Counted from the stretch's first letter, positions 43,569-57,392 are shown. The stretch is 64,000 nt of DNA from Okamejei kenojei (GCA_035221665.1 CM069151.1:31310001-31374000), one strand, 5' to 3'. Notes: generated by a model from the sequence alone, not told the origin. Translations and numbers: made by a program.

Positions 43569-44140
43569 TTCCCCCCTTTGAGACCTAACCGGTCTCACAG
43601 AAAAAGAAAACCACAATATCGCACATATTGGCGCTGAATCAAACTACAACTAGCCCCCAAAATCAGTAATGTTCAGCCTCACAGTGTTCTTTCTCTGGAA
43701 TCCTGGGTGGACCAAAAACCTGCCCTCATTATGCTGGGGTGGGAAAAAAGACCCAGCTATCCTTACAGACTTTTGTTCAATATTCCTCTGATGTGTTTTG
43801 CACATCATTGTAGTATTCTATCAGCGGGATCTGCTTCTCTAGGAGACTAGATTCGCCTTTTTCCTGGAGCAACAAAAGCTGCTTTGCTGTTGAGCTTACT
43901 AGGAGAAACTTAATACAGGGTAAAACACAACATAGCACAACAGTAACCACCAGCAGCGCAGCTTCAATAATCACCCCCCAACTTAGCCTACCATGCTCCC
44001 CAACCTCCTAACATATTTTCTATCCAATCGAAGAATATATGTTCAAAACCCACATTCTGCTTAAGCTCTTTTCTCAGATTCTTCAACTTATCCATTGCTT
44101 TAGTGAAGGACCCCCCGGGATAGTATTGTTATGTATGAAG

Positions 44141-47100
44141 TGTTACGACTCCCGAATGCAGGTACTTCAGAGCCACGTAACATAGTCAAAAACCAGGCTC
44201 AAGTTCAAGAAAATAGTATTTTATTTAGTTAAAACCCAAACCTGATTTAAACAACCCAGTCAAGGACAAGAATAAACTAATAAACAAAGATAACAGTGCT
44301 TCAGCCAGCCTCGCAATGGGCCGTCGAACTAGAGTATCTAACCTGCCTAAATGGAAATAACCCTGAAACAAAATACACGAAAACCCTCAGGTCAGCCCTT
44401 ATCCGTCCCAATTCAATATTTATTGACAAATGTAGGCAATAATACACAAAGTTCTATGCCATGTGGCCAGGCCTCCTGCAGTTCAAACCACAGTCTGTTC
44501 ATGAGTCAGGGTCGACAAAGAGAGAGAGAGTTCTGGGAGACTCCTGGTATTTAAGCTTTCGATGAGTCACCCGTCACCTGACGCAGCTTGGCCAATCGGG
44601 TACAGGAGCCCTTAACCCCTTGATTCCTGACTCCCAACCACGGGGCCTGCACTCAGGAGAGAAACAGAAGAGTCAAGTACATAGCATTCACCAGAGGGGA
44701 GGGAAGTACCTAATACCCCCACCCAAAGATACTGAATAAGCTTCGGAAGAAACTATTCAGTACTAAAACACTACTGGCGCGACAAGGCATCAGCCAAGAT
44801 GTTATCCTTGCCCCTGATGTGCCTGAACTCCAGGTTGTATTCCTGCAGCTGCCAACTCCAGCTCATCAACTGCCTGTTCTTATTCTTCATGTTCTGCCAA
44901 AAAACCAAGGGGTTAGGATCTGTGAACACGACGACAGAGACACTCGAGGAGCCCACATAAACCTCAAAATGACTCAGAGACATTAACACAGCAAAGGGTC
45001 TCTTTCTCAATGGAGGAGTACCACCTCTGATGGGGATTAAACTTCTTAGAGAAGTACGAAATTGGATGCCCCACCCCATCTGAATCATGCTGTATAAGAA
45101 CCCCACCAACCCCACAATCACTAGCATGCACTGCCAGCTTAAATAGACGCTCAAAATCAGGTGCCGCAAGCACAGGTGCGCGCACCAGAAGACCCTTAGT
45201 ATGATCAATGGTGTGTTGACACTCAGCGGACGACACAAAAGCTACCTTCGGACTCAGCAAATCCGTCAAAGGAGCAGCCACTGCAGAGAAGTTTTGACAG
45301 AACCCCCTATAGTACCCAACCATAGCCAGATACCTACGGAGTTCAGTCCTAGATGTTGGAACAGAAAATACGACAATATGTCGCACCTTGTCCTTGAGAG
45401 CGCGAACCTGACCCCGGCCCACCATCTTATCCAGATACGTCACCGTGGCCTGGCCAAACTCACACTTCCCCAGATTGATCGCTAGGTTTGCCTCTGCTAG
45501 TCGACAAAATACCTCTTTCAGGTGACCGATGTGCTCAATCCAAGACTTGGAGCACACAACTAAATCATCAAGGTATGCTTCACAGAAGGACAAACCAGAC
45601 AATACCTTGTTCACTAGCCGTTGGAAGGTTGCCGGTGCATTGGGCATCCCAAATGCCATTACTGTGTACTGAAGAAAGTTATCAGGCGTAACGAACGCTG
45701 AGATCTCCCTCGCCCGCCTAGTCAAAGGAACTTGCCAATACCCTTCTAGCAAGTCCAACTTAGACACAAAAGATGCACTACCCACATGATCCACACAATC
45801 CTCCATCCGTGGAAGGGGATAGCAATCCGGCTTAGTTACACCATTCACCTTCCGAAAGTCCGTGCAAAACCTGTCCTCCCCATTAGCCTTCGTAGCCAGT
45901 AGACACGGAGAACTCCACGGACTACAACTAGGTTCAGCAATTGCATGCTGCAGCATAAAGTCAACCTGACCTCTTAGACGTTGACGCTTGTCAGGGTTGA
46001 CCCGATACGGATGCTGTTTAATTGGCGCAGCGCCGGCCACGTCAATGTCATGCTGCAGCACAGACGTTTGAGAAGGCACATCCGAGAACAGTGACCCATT
46101 TGACCCCACCAAAGCAAGCAGATCATCCCGCTGACTTCCAGACAAATGAGACAACCGCAAGGGAAGCGACTCCAAAGCTTCAGAGTTGCACAGCTTTCCC
46201 TGCGTCACTGCCACCGACAACCGTGCCTCACCCACATCACCACCCGTGTCAGGGGGCCGCACTACTACAGCCAAAACCGGCTTAGACAAAACCGAAGGAC
46301 ACAGCTCCTCCCCATCAACCTGTACATGCTCCTGCTCATGGTACTGCTTCAGCATGTTGATATGACTGAGCTGAGTCTTACGCCTCCGATCAGGGGTACC
46401 AATAACGTAATCCCTTGCACCAACCTTCTTAACCACCTGATAGGGACCACTATAACGAGCCTGCAGACTGGAACCAGGAATAGACAACAACACCAGGACT
46501 TTGTCACCTGGAGAAAAATTCCTACTAGAAGCCTTCCTGTCGAACCAGCCCTTCATCCTAGACTGAGCAGAAGCAAGATTACCCATTGCCAGTTCGCATG
46601 CCCTCCGCAGTCTAGACCTAAAAGTACAGACGTGGTCTAAAATACTACGTTTTGAATTCTCCTGCAACCATTTCTCCTTCAGGACCCTCAACGGACCACG
46701 AACAGTATGCGCGAACACCAGGTCAGCAGGACTGAACCCTAAAGACTCCTGCACGACCTCATGCACCGCAAACATAACGAGATGAACCCCCTCATCCCAG
46801 TCTTTTTCAAACTCCAGGCAGTAAGTCCTCAACATGGATTTCAAAGTCTGGTGAAACCGCTCGAGAGCTCCCTGGCTCTCCGAATGATATGCACTGGAGT
46901 AACAATGCTCAATATCCAACAACTTTATTACCTGACCAAAAACCTTTGACATGAAGTTGGAACCTTGGTCGCTCTGCACAACCTTGGGCAAACCGAACAA
47001 CGAAAAAAACTTAGTGAGAGACTTCACAACGGCAGGGGCAGTAATGTTATGCAAAGGGACCACCTCCGGAAAACGGGTAGACGCGCACATAATTGTCAAT

Positions 47101-50100
47101 AAAAACTTGTTGCCCACCCTTGTCCGAGGTAGAGGACCCACACAATCAAGTAGAATCCGTTTAAACGGCTCCCTGACCACAGGGATTGGATATAAAGGCG
47201 CAGGAACAATCGATTGGTTCGGCTTTCCTGCCTCCTGGCAAATGTGACAACACCTGCAGTGCTGCTTCACGTCCTGTTTCAACCCTGGCCAAAAAAAATT
47301 CCGTAAGATACGGTCATACGTCTTATTGACCCCCAAATGTCCACCCAGAGGTCCATCATGAGCCAAACAGAGTATCTCGTCCCTATACCGACGAGGTATC
47401 ACAATCTGATCAACCACGCTCCAATCATCATGCCCCAACATGTCCAAGGGAGACCACTTTTGCATCAGCAAGCCATTCCTCAGAAAATACCCCTTTGCTG
47501 TGGAATCCATATCCCCCTCAGGTACCGCGCAGTCGAACAGATCCAATAAACCTTGATCACTCTTTTGCTCCTCAACCAGCCGGTCCCGTGACAGCGACAT
47601 CAGCACATTTTCAGACAAGACCCCATCTTGAGATGTAGAAACACCCTTCACAACACAGGATCCATCATCCTGATCCCCAAAAATGCTCTCACTCAGGTCC
47701 ACTACATCTTCAAACTTTGCCTGGCTCTTAGCCATAGCCCTTGTGACAGCACAAGCTGTGAAGACCGTCGGATGCTGCATAGCCAATATATCAGGACTCT
47801 GCACCATCGGAACAGCCGTCATCTCAGGAGCAATTAAAATTCTACCTCCTGCCAAGTCATTCCCCAAAATCACAGAAACTCCCGCAACGGGAAAACACGG
47901 CCGTAACCCAACAATTACCCGGCCTGAAACCAACTCGGACTCGAGACTCACGGTATGCAAAGACACTACCATGTCCTCCAACCCGAATCCTACCACAGGG
48001 ACACGGGACCCAACCGATGACTCCCCAGAAAACGGCAGTACATAAAGGACTGAGTAGCACCAGTATCACGCAAGATGGATACTGGAACGCTATGACCCCC
48101 ATTCTCTAGAGAAACAAAACCTTTTGTGATGAACGCAGAATAATTCCTACACTCATCAGACGCAGGCATCCCAGGAACCACAGGTGCTCTTTGTGTACCC
48201 GCTAAAGCCACAGGCTTTGCGTTTTTCCTTTGCAGGATGGGACACGACTTTAAGATGTGCCCGCTCCCTTTACAATAGTAACACACAGGCCCTTCCTTCG
48301 TCCTTATCAGCTCGGACCTCCCCCTGTATTAATGAGCTGACACTTGCAGGCACAGAAACAGCTTTGGCACTGCCACCAGCACGATTAAACGGCTGTGCAC
48401 CAAAACTATAGGATCGCCCAACAAACTCAGTTTTATGAGTCAATACATACTCATCTGCTAACACCGCGGCCTTAGACACCTCTGTCACTTGCTGCTCATT
48501 AAGGTAAGTAGCAACCCTCTCAGGAGACAGTTCTTAAAGTCTCACATAATCAACAAGGCCCGCAGCAGCTCAAAATCCCTCACTCCTTGAGAAGCGCACC
48601 ACCTGTCAAAAAGTGCCTCCTTCTCCCAAGTAAACTCCACATAAGTCTGACTATCAAACTTCCTAAAGCGCTGGAACTTCTGCCGGTATGCCTCTGAAAC
48701 TAATTCATAAGCCCTTAAAACCGTAGACTTCGCACACTCATAGTCCCGACTGTTGTCAACAGATAATGACGAGTACATCTCCTGTGCTTTACCCACAAGA
48801 ACACTCTGCAACAGCAAGGACCACATGTCCCTAGGCCACTTCAAGGACGAAGCCGTCCGTTCAAACACAGCAAAATACTTGTCCACATCCTTCTCATTAA
48901 ACGGGGGAACCAGGTGGATGTTCTTGCTCATATCAAACTTCCGTTCCCTAGTAGAAACTCGGGAGGCATTCAACTCCTTCTCCCGCAGCTCAAGACGTTT
49001 CATTTCAAGCTCTGATTGGACCATGAGCTCTTTCTCTTTTAAGACCCTCTCCTCCTTTTTCCTTTCAAGCTCAAATTGGAGCTCTTTCTCTCTTATTTCA
49101 AGCTCTTTCGTTCTTAAGGCCCTCTCCTCCTTTTTCATTTCAAGCTCTAACTCCTCCAATCGAATGGGGTCCCCCATTTCCTGAGTAGGCTTTGTAGAAG
49201 ATAGAGGACTGTCTGCACCAGCAGGCAATACTCCACTCCTCACCAACACAGACCATAACTCCAACTTTACAGCCTCTTTCTTCAAATGCTTATCAATAGG
49301 CACCTTATAGGTCTCTGCCAGCATACACAAATGCTCCTTGGTACACTTATCAAACAACTCCCGACTAGGAGCCTCAGTAAATTCCTGTACTTTAAACTCC
49401 ATAGCAAATGTAGGACCAAACCACCAGCCAAACCCTGGGCACCAATGTCACCACAAACGGACGAGAAAAAAGAATCTCCTCACAACACAGAATTTCTCAG
49501 TCACCTCACAACACAGACTTCCTCAGTCACCAGAAGCCTACCAAAAAAAAAAACCCAAAACTGTCTAGGGTCCTCAAAGCTTAGGACGAGCACCCATTTT
49601 GTTACGACTCCCGAATGCAGGTACTTCAGAGCCGCGTAACATAGTCAAAAATCAGGCTCAAGTTCAAGAAAATTGTATTTTATTTAGTTAAAACCCAAAC
49701 CTGATTCAAACAACCCAGTCAAGGACAAGAATAAACTAATAAACAAAGATAACCGTGCTCCAGCCAGCCTCGCAATGGGCCGTCGAACTAGAGTCTCTAA
49801 CCTGCCCAAATGGAAATAACCCTGAAACAAAATACACGAAAACCCTCAGGTCAGCCCTTATCCGTCCCAATTCAATATTAATTGACAAATGTAGGCAATA
49901 ATACACAAAGTTCTATGCCATGTGGCCAGGCCTCCTGCAGTTCAAACCACAGTCTGTTCATGAGTCAGGGTCGACGAAGAGAGAGAGAGAGAGTTCTGGG
50001 AGACTCCTGGTATTTAAGCTTTCGATGAGTCACCCGTCACCTGACGCAACTTGGCCAATCGGGTACAGGAGCCCTTAACCCCTTGATTCCTGACTCCCAA

Positions 50101-50183
50101 CCACGGGGCCTGCACTCAGGAGAGAAACAAATGAGTTAAGTACATAGCATTCACCAGAGAGGGGGGGGGGGAAGTACGGGACA
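44141..50183 (-). mobile_element. Complete Gmr1-like Ty3/Gypsy LTR retrotransposon (gag, PR, IN, RT, RH order), frameshifted
   Basis: LTRs at 44141-44715 and 49600-50183; TSD GAAG at 44137-44140 and 50184-50187. PBS TGGGTGCTCGTCC (49584-49596, tRNA-Pro-like); PPT at 44716-44730. gag 48542-49402, zinc knuckle CYYCKGSGHILKSC, protease LRDTGA; integrase precedes RT (YLDD). Confidence 0.95.
44964..47996 (-). pseudogene. Gmr1-like pol segment, 1010 aa open: integrase, RT, partial RNase H
   Basis: AHDGPLGGHLG...CHIC, LDCVGPLP, QSDQGSNF, SQGALERFH, GPY; then FCTDFRKVN, LDLLEGYWQV, YLDD, YFSKK. RNase H continues after a frameshift to 44771. Confidence 0.92.
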
Positions 50184-53100
50184 GAAGGTGCAGCAGTGTT
50201 CCCCAAACAGGACACACACATTCACCCTATTTATGACCTCATTTACAACAGCCTCAGAGTCACTAGTGTCTCCAAAAGCCTCACTTACTATCTGGTTAAA
50301 CCTCTGCTATCCCCTTACGTCTTTGTCCTCCTGTTCACTTACCACAGGGTTATTATCGAGCCGTACCTGTGGGACAGCCCTTGTGCAATAATTGAGATGG
50401 TACCATGTGGATCGACCTTCTACCTGAACAGCGGTGGGCTAGGCCCTAGCCACCATGAACGGTCCTTCCCTTCTTTGCTCATTCCAATTCCTTTGGAAGT
50501 CTCACACACAAACTTTGTCTCCGGATTTAATGGGTCCTTCCTGCAGGTTCTTTTGCTTTTCCAGCGCATCAATAGACTTGTACATCATTGTTAACTGTTT
50601 CATATACTGCTTACATTCTACCTCTAACTGCTCCAAACTTGGTCCCTTGTGGGGACCTCTCCATTTGTGCGCAGGCATGGGTCTGCCAGTGAGCACCTCA
50701 TGTGGTGTCAAATTAGTTTTTCGATTAGTTTGCATGCGACAGCTCATCAGTGCCACTGGCAGGGCATCGATCCAATTCAACTTTGTAGTTGCACAAATAT
50801 TATTTAACTTAGCCTTCAACGTCCCATTAATTCTTTCCACCATGCCCTGTAACTGAGGGTGGTACACACACCCAAACCTCAGTTTCACTCTCAGGGTCTG
50901 CAGCACCAGCTTGACTACTTTCTGGATAATAGCCGATCCGTTGTCAGAGCTGATTGCTGTAACCTTGGGATTACTTCTTTCGTCAGAAACTTTACCACAG
51001 TCCCTGCACCTAAATGTTTGGAAGATACTGCCTCCACCCACCTGCTAAATCTATCAATCATTACTAGCATGTACCTTTTCCCTCTTACCGTCTTCATCAT
51101 ATCCACATAGTCGATCATCAGGTGCCTAAATGGCCTTTCGGGCACAGGTATGTGACCTATAGGCGTTGTTATTCTCTTTTTAACATTGCTTTGAGCACAT
51201 ACCTCACACTGACTGAATGTGGTCTACCAAAACCTTTAAATAGGGTGTCCAAAACCCATCATTTTTTACCTTTCTTATTACCTCCCCCTTGTGCAATGGT
51301 CTAACCCATGCACTTCTGAAATAAGAATGGTCAGCAATGGTGTGGGTGCTACCAACAATCCTTCAGTAGTTCAAATACCTTCCAAATTCTGCTCAGCTCC
51401 ACTTTGTCTCCACATTGTTTGCTCTGCTAAGGTTGCTTTACCTTGCATTTCAATTATGTCTTCTGTGGGTTCCAGATCCAAGCTTACCTGAGGTGCAATA
51501 ACAGCTGATCGGCATCCAGACGCTGTTCTGGCTGCTTTGTAATAGTGTTAAAAGCTGTTTCCGCCTCATCATTCCATTGCAAAACATTTCTCAGGCTTGT
51601 GTGTCCTGCTTCCTTCGTTATTTTCCTTAATGGCATCACAATTTCAGCATACTCTCCAATCCAGTCTGAACTGTATCCTGCCATTCCCAAGAACATCATC
51701 ATCTGTCCAATTGTCTGAGGTTTAGGAGCTATAATTATTGCCTCAATTTGATCTGGTGCTATAGTCTTTACTCCTTTGGATATTAATCATCCTAAGTATT
51801 TTACCTCCTGCTTACAAAACTGCAGCTTCTTTCTGGATACTTTATGACCTCCGCATGCTAGCCTTTCCAAGAGAGTCAGGGTGTCTCGCTCACATTGCTC
51901 CTCACTTGCGGAGCAAACCAACAAATCATCCACATATTGTATTAATGTACTTTCTAAGGATATGCCTTCCAAATCTACCTTTAATATCTGATTTAAGACG
52001 TGGGGCGAGTGTTGAATCCCTGCGGCATCCTAGCAGAGGTGTATTGTACCCTCTAGGTAAAAGCAAGCAAATACTGACATTGCTAAGGGCACATTGAAAA
52101 ACACCGAACAAAGATAAAGTAAGCTACCTCTGTTGGAACATTAGTCAGCAGTGTATGTGAATTTGGGATTACCGCTAGTCAATCCCTCCCCACCTCGTTT
52201 ACTGATTGCAGATCATATATTGGTCTACACTTTTTCAGCTGGTTCTCCAGATAGGCTGCTGCATTCTCTGCCTCCCCCAGTGGATCTCCCCTTTAATGCC
52301 TTGGGGTCCACCTTAAGTGGGTAACAGTGTCTGAGGGCCTGCCATACCCTCTGCCTGACTGGGTCAAACAGCGTGCCATTGACCATTGCGTTATTCACCG
52401 CATTTTTTATACCAGCCATTTCAAGAGTTCTGTCAGTTTAGTGGTTCCTATCACTTTCACCAACAGTGCCTTCAAATCTCCCATAGCCAACAACCGTCCC
52501 GCGTTCTCCACCTCAAAGGCCCTAATCCATTTTCCTGCCCCGTCATGAATATTGGGCAAGATATATTTTAGCCCTTCCAGGTCATGGGTCCCCCAAGGGA
52601 TAGACTGTGTCAGTCCAGTTCTTTTTAAAAGCAATGACATAATTTAATCCCACCGTTCCTGTTCCTCTTTTTCTACCTGTATGTCTTCCCAATCCTTCTT
52701 TGAGTGCCTTCTTTCTCATTCTAATCTATATTTCTTGCTTCTCAGATATTCTAGCATTCCTTTGCAATTCCTTCACCTTTCTTTTAAAATCTTCCACTAA
52801 ATCCTCATCCCTTATGCATCCCACCTATCGCTTCCCAATTCTGTTTCCTCCTCACTGCCTTGCCCTCCTTTCAGTGACCACTTGTCGATCAGTTTCCAGT
52901 CCTGTCTATCACTTTCCTCGCTCCCCCCTTCTGCTGAATTGGATACTTCAAAATCCCTCTGGTTCCTCAGGTCTTGCAGCCTCCTGATATCAACTTAAAA
53001 TTCCCTTATTTCCATCTCATCATCCCAAATTGCAACCTCTCGTTCTATCTCCACTATTCCCTTTACTAAGGAACACTGCTTTGTACCATCCGGGCCTGGA

Positions 53101-53785
53101 TAGGGAGGGGGATGCCCAGGGTCTCTCAAGCTTGGATATAAGATCGACGTTTTCCTTGGAGTTCCTGGCTTTCGTGCTGCATTTCGATTCTCTTACCCTC
53201 TTCCTTTGTCATATTTACCACCTGGTATTCTTTCCTCAACCTCTCTCCTTCCACTCTAAACAGTTAATGTACATCTAGCTCCTTTTCTCTCTTCTTTTTC
53301 GCGTTTCCAACTTATCTTTGGACCTATAATTCCTAATTAACACTTCCATCTCGTCACACATATTTATATCGAAAGTGCCTTCATTGGGCCACTTCGTCTG
53401 CAATTTTTCCATTCTTTTTCCCCATTTCTCAGAGTGCTTTTATAATGTCCTCTTTATATACAGGGAACTTTTTACGTAGTAGTTCAACTGCAGTTACCTT
53501 ACTCATTGTAGTATCTTGTTCAGTGTACTTTATCAATCAGTCCAGTCGTGGTCCTTGTTCGTATTCTGTCCCGTTCCTGTAGTTACTATACTATCCTATA
53601 CATTGTCTGTTTCTAGGAATTTCGGCAGGGAACCAGATCAATCTACTACGAAGGACCTCAGTGTTCCCGGGAGCTTCTTCGGGGGGTCAGTCTCAAAGGG
53701 TCTGACTAATGCACTTTTCTCTCCCCATCTGATCCCGGTGAACCTGTGGCCACTTACTCAGTCGTTGGTTGATGGTCCCAGTGAA

Positions 53786-53803
53786 ATTCCAGCTGGCTTG
53801 CCA
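53786..53803 (-). promoter_or_regulatory. ERV primer-binding site (tRNA-Arg-like, degenerate)
   Basis: Minus strand ...CATCA TT TGGCAAGCCAGCTGGAAT, resembling the Arg PBS TGGCGAGCCAGCCAGGAG. Confidence 0.6.
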
Positions 53804-53805
53804 AA

Positions 53806-54180
53806 TGATGTTTGCATCTTAAAAAACAGATAAAATACAACAAATTAAAGTAAACCATACAAGTTTTCACTTTTTAGGAGTGGCCGGAGATGTTACAGTC
53901 CAGAAGAATCCAGTGATACTTCTGATTCCTTAAAATACCACTTTAATTATTAAAATCCTGGGGTCTTTTATACAAAAATAGTCACATATGCAGAATATCA
54001 GGGGCATTAGGTAATGCCCCATGTTGTTGTTCTATGCCAAATCATGGCTATCCCGTTGTCAGTTAGTTCCCCTTTCGGGCCTCTCTTATCTGATTGACCT
54101 TTTTCAACCAGAAAGCTCATCTGAAAAAGCCATAAAATCTGGTTGTGTTCCAGCTAGCATTACAAAAGCAATTAAATTAT
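53806..54180 (-). mobile_element. ERV 5' LTR (right boundary approximate)
   Basis: Ends in CA just before the PBS on the minus strand; minus-strand TATAAAA at ~53966-53972. Not similar to the LTR at 41491. Confidence 0.6.
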
Positions 54181-55474
54181 TTTCAATTGTTCCAAGGTAT
54201 CTCCCCAATATTCACAATTTCACCTGGCACGAGCAACAGCAGGCGTTCAACACTCTTAAGCAGCAGATGTCTTGTGCTGCTACTCTTGCTTACATTGATC
54301 CTAAAATACCGGTCACACTGACATGTGACATCTCACAACACAGACTAGGCGCAGCATGTCTTCAAAATGACAGTAGCAGCAATAAGCCTGATGCCTATGC
54401 CTCACGCACTATGACTGCACAGAACAACGGTATGCCCAAATTGAGAAAGAGCTGTTGGCCTGCAAGAAATTTAACTACTTTATCTTTGGACACACGGTCA
54501 CGATTGAAACTGACCACCAACCGCTGATCAGCATCTTTAACAAACCAATCCATGCCTCTCCAGCGTGCCTACAGCGGAAGTTGCTGCAACTTCAAAAATA
54601 TGACATTGTTTTGATGCACAAATGCGGTAAGGTTATGCACCTGGCTGACACTCTCTCGCGTGCACCCCAGAAGACCTGCGAAGAACCGCCCTTGCCAGAT
54701 GATGACTTTATTGTAATGGCTGTATCTTTTATTCCCTCATCCTGTATGGAGGATTTGGTTGCCCACACTGCCGCTGACAGTACTCTACGGTCGCTTACCT
54801 CCGTCATTAAGCGCGGCTGGCCAGACAAACACTAAAACGTTCCCGTCAGTCTGGCCTTTCTTTGCTGTCCATGATGAGCTAGTGCTGCTGGATGGCATAA
54901 AAGGACATAAGGCTGTGGTCCCTGCTTTGCTGCACAACAAGTATTTTAACAAGTATTGGCACTCCTACGCCTATACCAGCGCAACAACCCACATCTGCAA
55001 CGGCTGGTTTGCCAGTGGTGACTTCGCCTGCGCCACAGTCTCCTGTTTCGTCTCCGGGAATGCTGGTTTGGTCTCCCTCACCTGTGAAGCCACCTGCTCT
55101 GTTCCCAGGGAAGAAGAACGGACATGGTCTTTATCGTACAAGTGCTGGTCGTGTTTCCAAGCCAGTTGTGAAGTACCCAGGCTATGTTTGATTTTCCTCC
55201 AGTTTATTATCAATTGCTATGCATGCCTTACTTAGTTAATAGTTTTGTACTGATGTTTAATTCTTTAAGAGGGAGGATGTAGATCAGTGTCACTCATGTT
55301 ATGAGTCATACTTTGTAATTACACCCACTAGCTTAACTGTAGCTTCCCTGCCTTGTTCCCACACTCTTAGAGAAATGTGCTAGTATGAAGCTACCGATGC
55401 TGTAATGCTAATAAAGTCGTTGAACCTTTATCACGGTGTAAGACTTCAGTTGTTTAAACAGCAGAATCACAACA
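54181..55474 (+). mobile_element. 3' remnant of a different Gypsy LTR element (RNase H fragment, PPT, LTR 55278-55474)
   Basis: LTCDIS..LGAACLQ, AYASRTMT, IETDHQPL, LADTLSR. PPT AAGAGGGAGGA followed by TGT...ACA, with AATAAA at 55410-55415. Confidence 0.8.
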
Positions 55475-55539
55475 CATACGATAGATAGATTCTCGATTCG
55501 TTCAGCTGTCAGAGGTTATGGAAGGAAGGCAGGAGAATA

Positions 55540-56242
55540 CAATAATACTTTATTAGCCAAGTATGTTTTGCAACATACGAGGAATTTAATTTGCTAAGTC
55601 AGTCATACAAATAAAAAGCAACAGAACACGCAAAATACATTTTAACATAAACATACACCATAGTGACTCCTCCACATTCCTCACTGTGATGGAAGGTGAA
55701 AAAAATTTCAATCTCTTCCCTTCTCCCACGGTTGGGGGCCTCAAGCCTTCCATTGATAGGACATTCTTGACTCTCGTAGCTGGCAGCGTTTGGGCACTCC
55801 GCGTCGGGGAGATCAAGCTCCCGCATCGGGGGATGTCAGGTCCCCGTGCCGAGCGATTGGACCCCGGGTCGGGGCTGGTCAAACCTTCTGCGCCGTTGAT
55901 GCTCCTGTCATCTACAGTCTCCACCCGAGACTGTGAGCTCTCGATGGTAAAGTCCGTAGGCCGCTGCTGGAGCGATCCCAGGCAAGTCCGATGTTAAGTC
56001 CACGCCTCGCGGGGGGGCTCAAAGTCACTTCGAGCAGACCTCCAGCTCCAGGATGTTAGGCCGCAGAGCAACCGGAGTTACGGTAAACAATCGCATCTCC
56101 AGAAAAGTAAGAGATTGAAAAAAAAGTTTCCCCCGACCCCCTCCCCCTACATAAAACAAACCAGAGAACATTTACACAAACTTTTTTAAACACACTAAAA
56201 ATAGCAACAAAAAAAGAAAAATCGTGCGGCGCCCCTGGTGGT
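55540..56242 (-). mobile_element. Probable non-autonomous retroelement inserted in a short CR1 3' fragment
   Basis: CpG-rich body with minus-strand AATAAA and an (ATT)-type tail at ~55541-55555. The flanks ggcaggagaat and tggttaggaaggagagatagatcagccatg rejoin as CR1 3'UTR. Confidence 0.5.
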
Positions 56243-56898
56243 TTGGAATGTGGTTAGGAAGGAGAGATAGATCAGCCATGATTGAAAGGCAGAGTAGGCT
56301 TGATGGGCCAAATGGCAGAGTAGACTTGATGGCCCAAATCTACTCCATTCCTTATGACCTCACTAAAGCCTGCTTTAGTGCAAGGCTCTGAATTAGCAGT
56401 GCCTTGCACAATTGTACAGAGCAAATTCCATCATGAAATGCGTTGACAGCAGACAAAGAGGCGACACCTTACCTATTGACTATCAAAGAGTTTGAATCTT
56501 TCACAAGCATTTAAAAATCATAAAGAATTACACATTAAAGTGGGAAAAAGTACATATTTAAATAATCTCACTTAAATTAAAACATGTAAAAGACTTCATC
56601 TTTTCCCTACCAGCCATTCCCCTCCATTCAAATCCACAGGCTTGCCTCAGGACTAACCTGGTACAATTTTAGCAAGTTGATTTCCTGCATCAGAGGTAGA
56701 AGTGCGTGAAAATAAGCTCGCTATGAGGAGTTCAGCATCAAAGCCAAATGGTCCAGTCCCCACTAACCAACTATGTGGAAATTTAGGTCCTCTGCATTTA
56801 CTCATTCTTGCCCAAAGTTGTAAATAAAAATGTAACTTTTAGCAAATCCATGTAGTGCTGCCATCTGTGAACAAAAGATTTAATCAGTCTTCTTCTCA

Positions 56899-57174
<276 letters not shown>

Positions 57175-57289
57175 TTAGTTTTGGTTATTAGGTTAAAGTA
57201 CATTCAAAGAAAACATTTTTTTAGTTAGCTCCATATCAAGGCAGGTATGTAAAGTCATTACAAGAATGAAATCTTGAAAGAACTTTGCA

Positions 57290-57392
57290 AATCATGCAGC
57301 ATGTGTAGAGGCAAAAGGCGCAAGCTGATATTTTGGCCAAGACACTGCATCAGGATTCAGAGGGAAAAGGAAAGATTGGCACTATAGCAGTA

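Larger units (their letters stand above)
43569..53805 (-). mobile_element. Heavily deleted class I (epsilon-like) endogenous retrovirus internal region: gag, pol, env TM
   Basis: gag ATG at 53506 with KWPNEGTFD; capsid-like AGKWIRAFE; RT LIQYVDDLL; IN HLMIDYVDM and YHPQLQGMVERINGTLK; env TM CVLFGEHCC (CX6CC) and membrane anchor LLVVTVVLCCVLPC. About 4.2 kb remains once the nested element is removed. Confidence 0.88.

Noticed and set aside
56228-56241. CTCF-like motif CCACCAGGGGCGCC on the minus strand
   Set aside because: One G short of the consensus spacing, and it lies at a repeat boundary.
56362-56409. Two small overlapping hairpins (8-9 bp stems)
   Set aside because: Short enough to arise by chance, with no other support.
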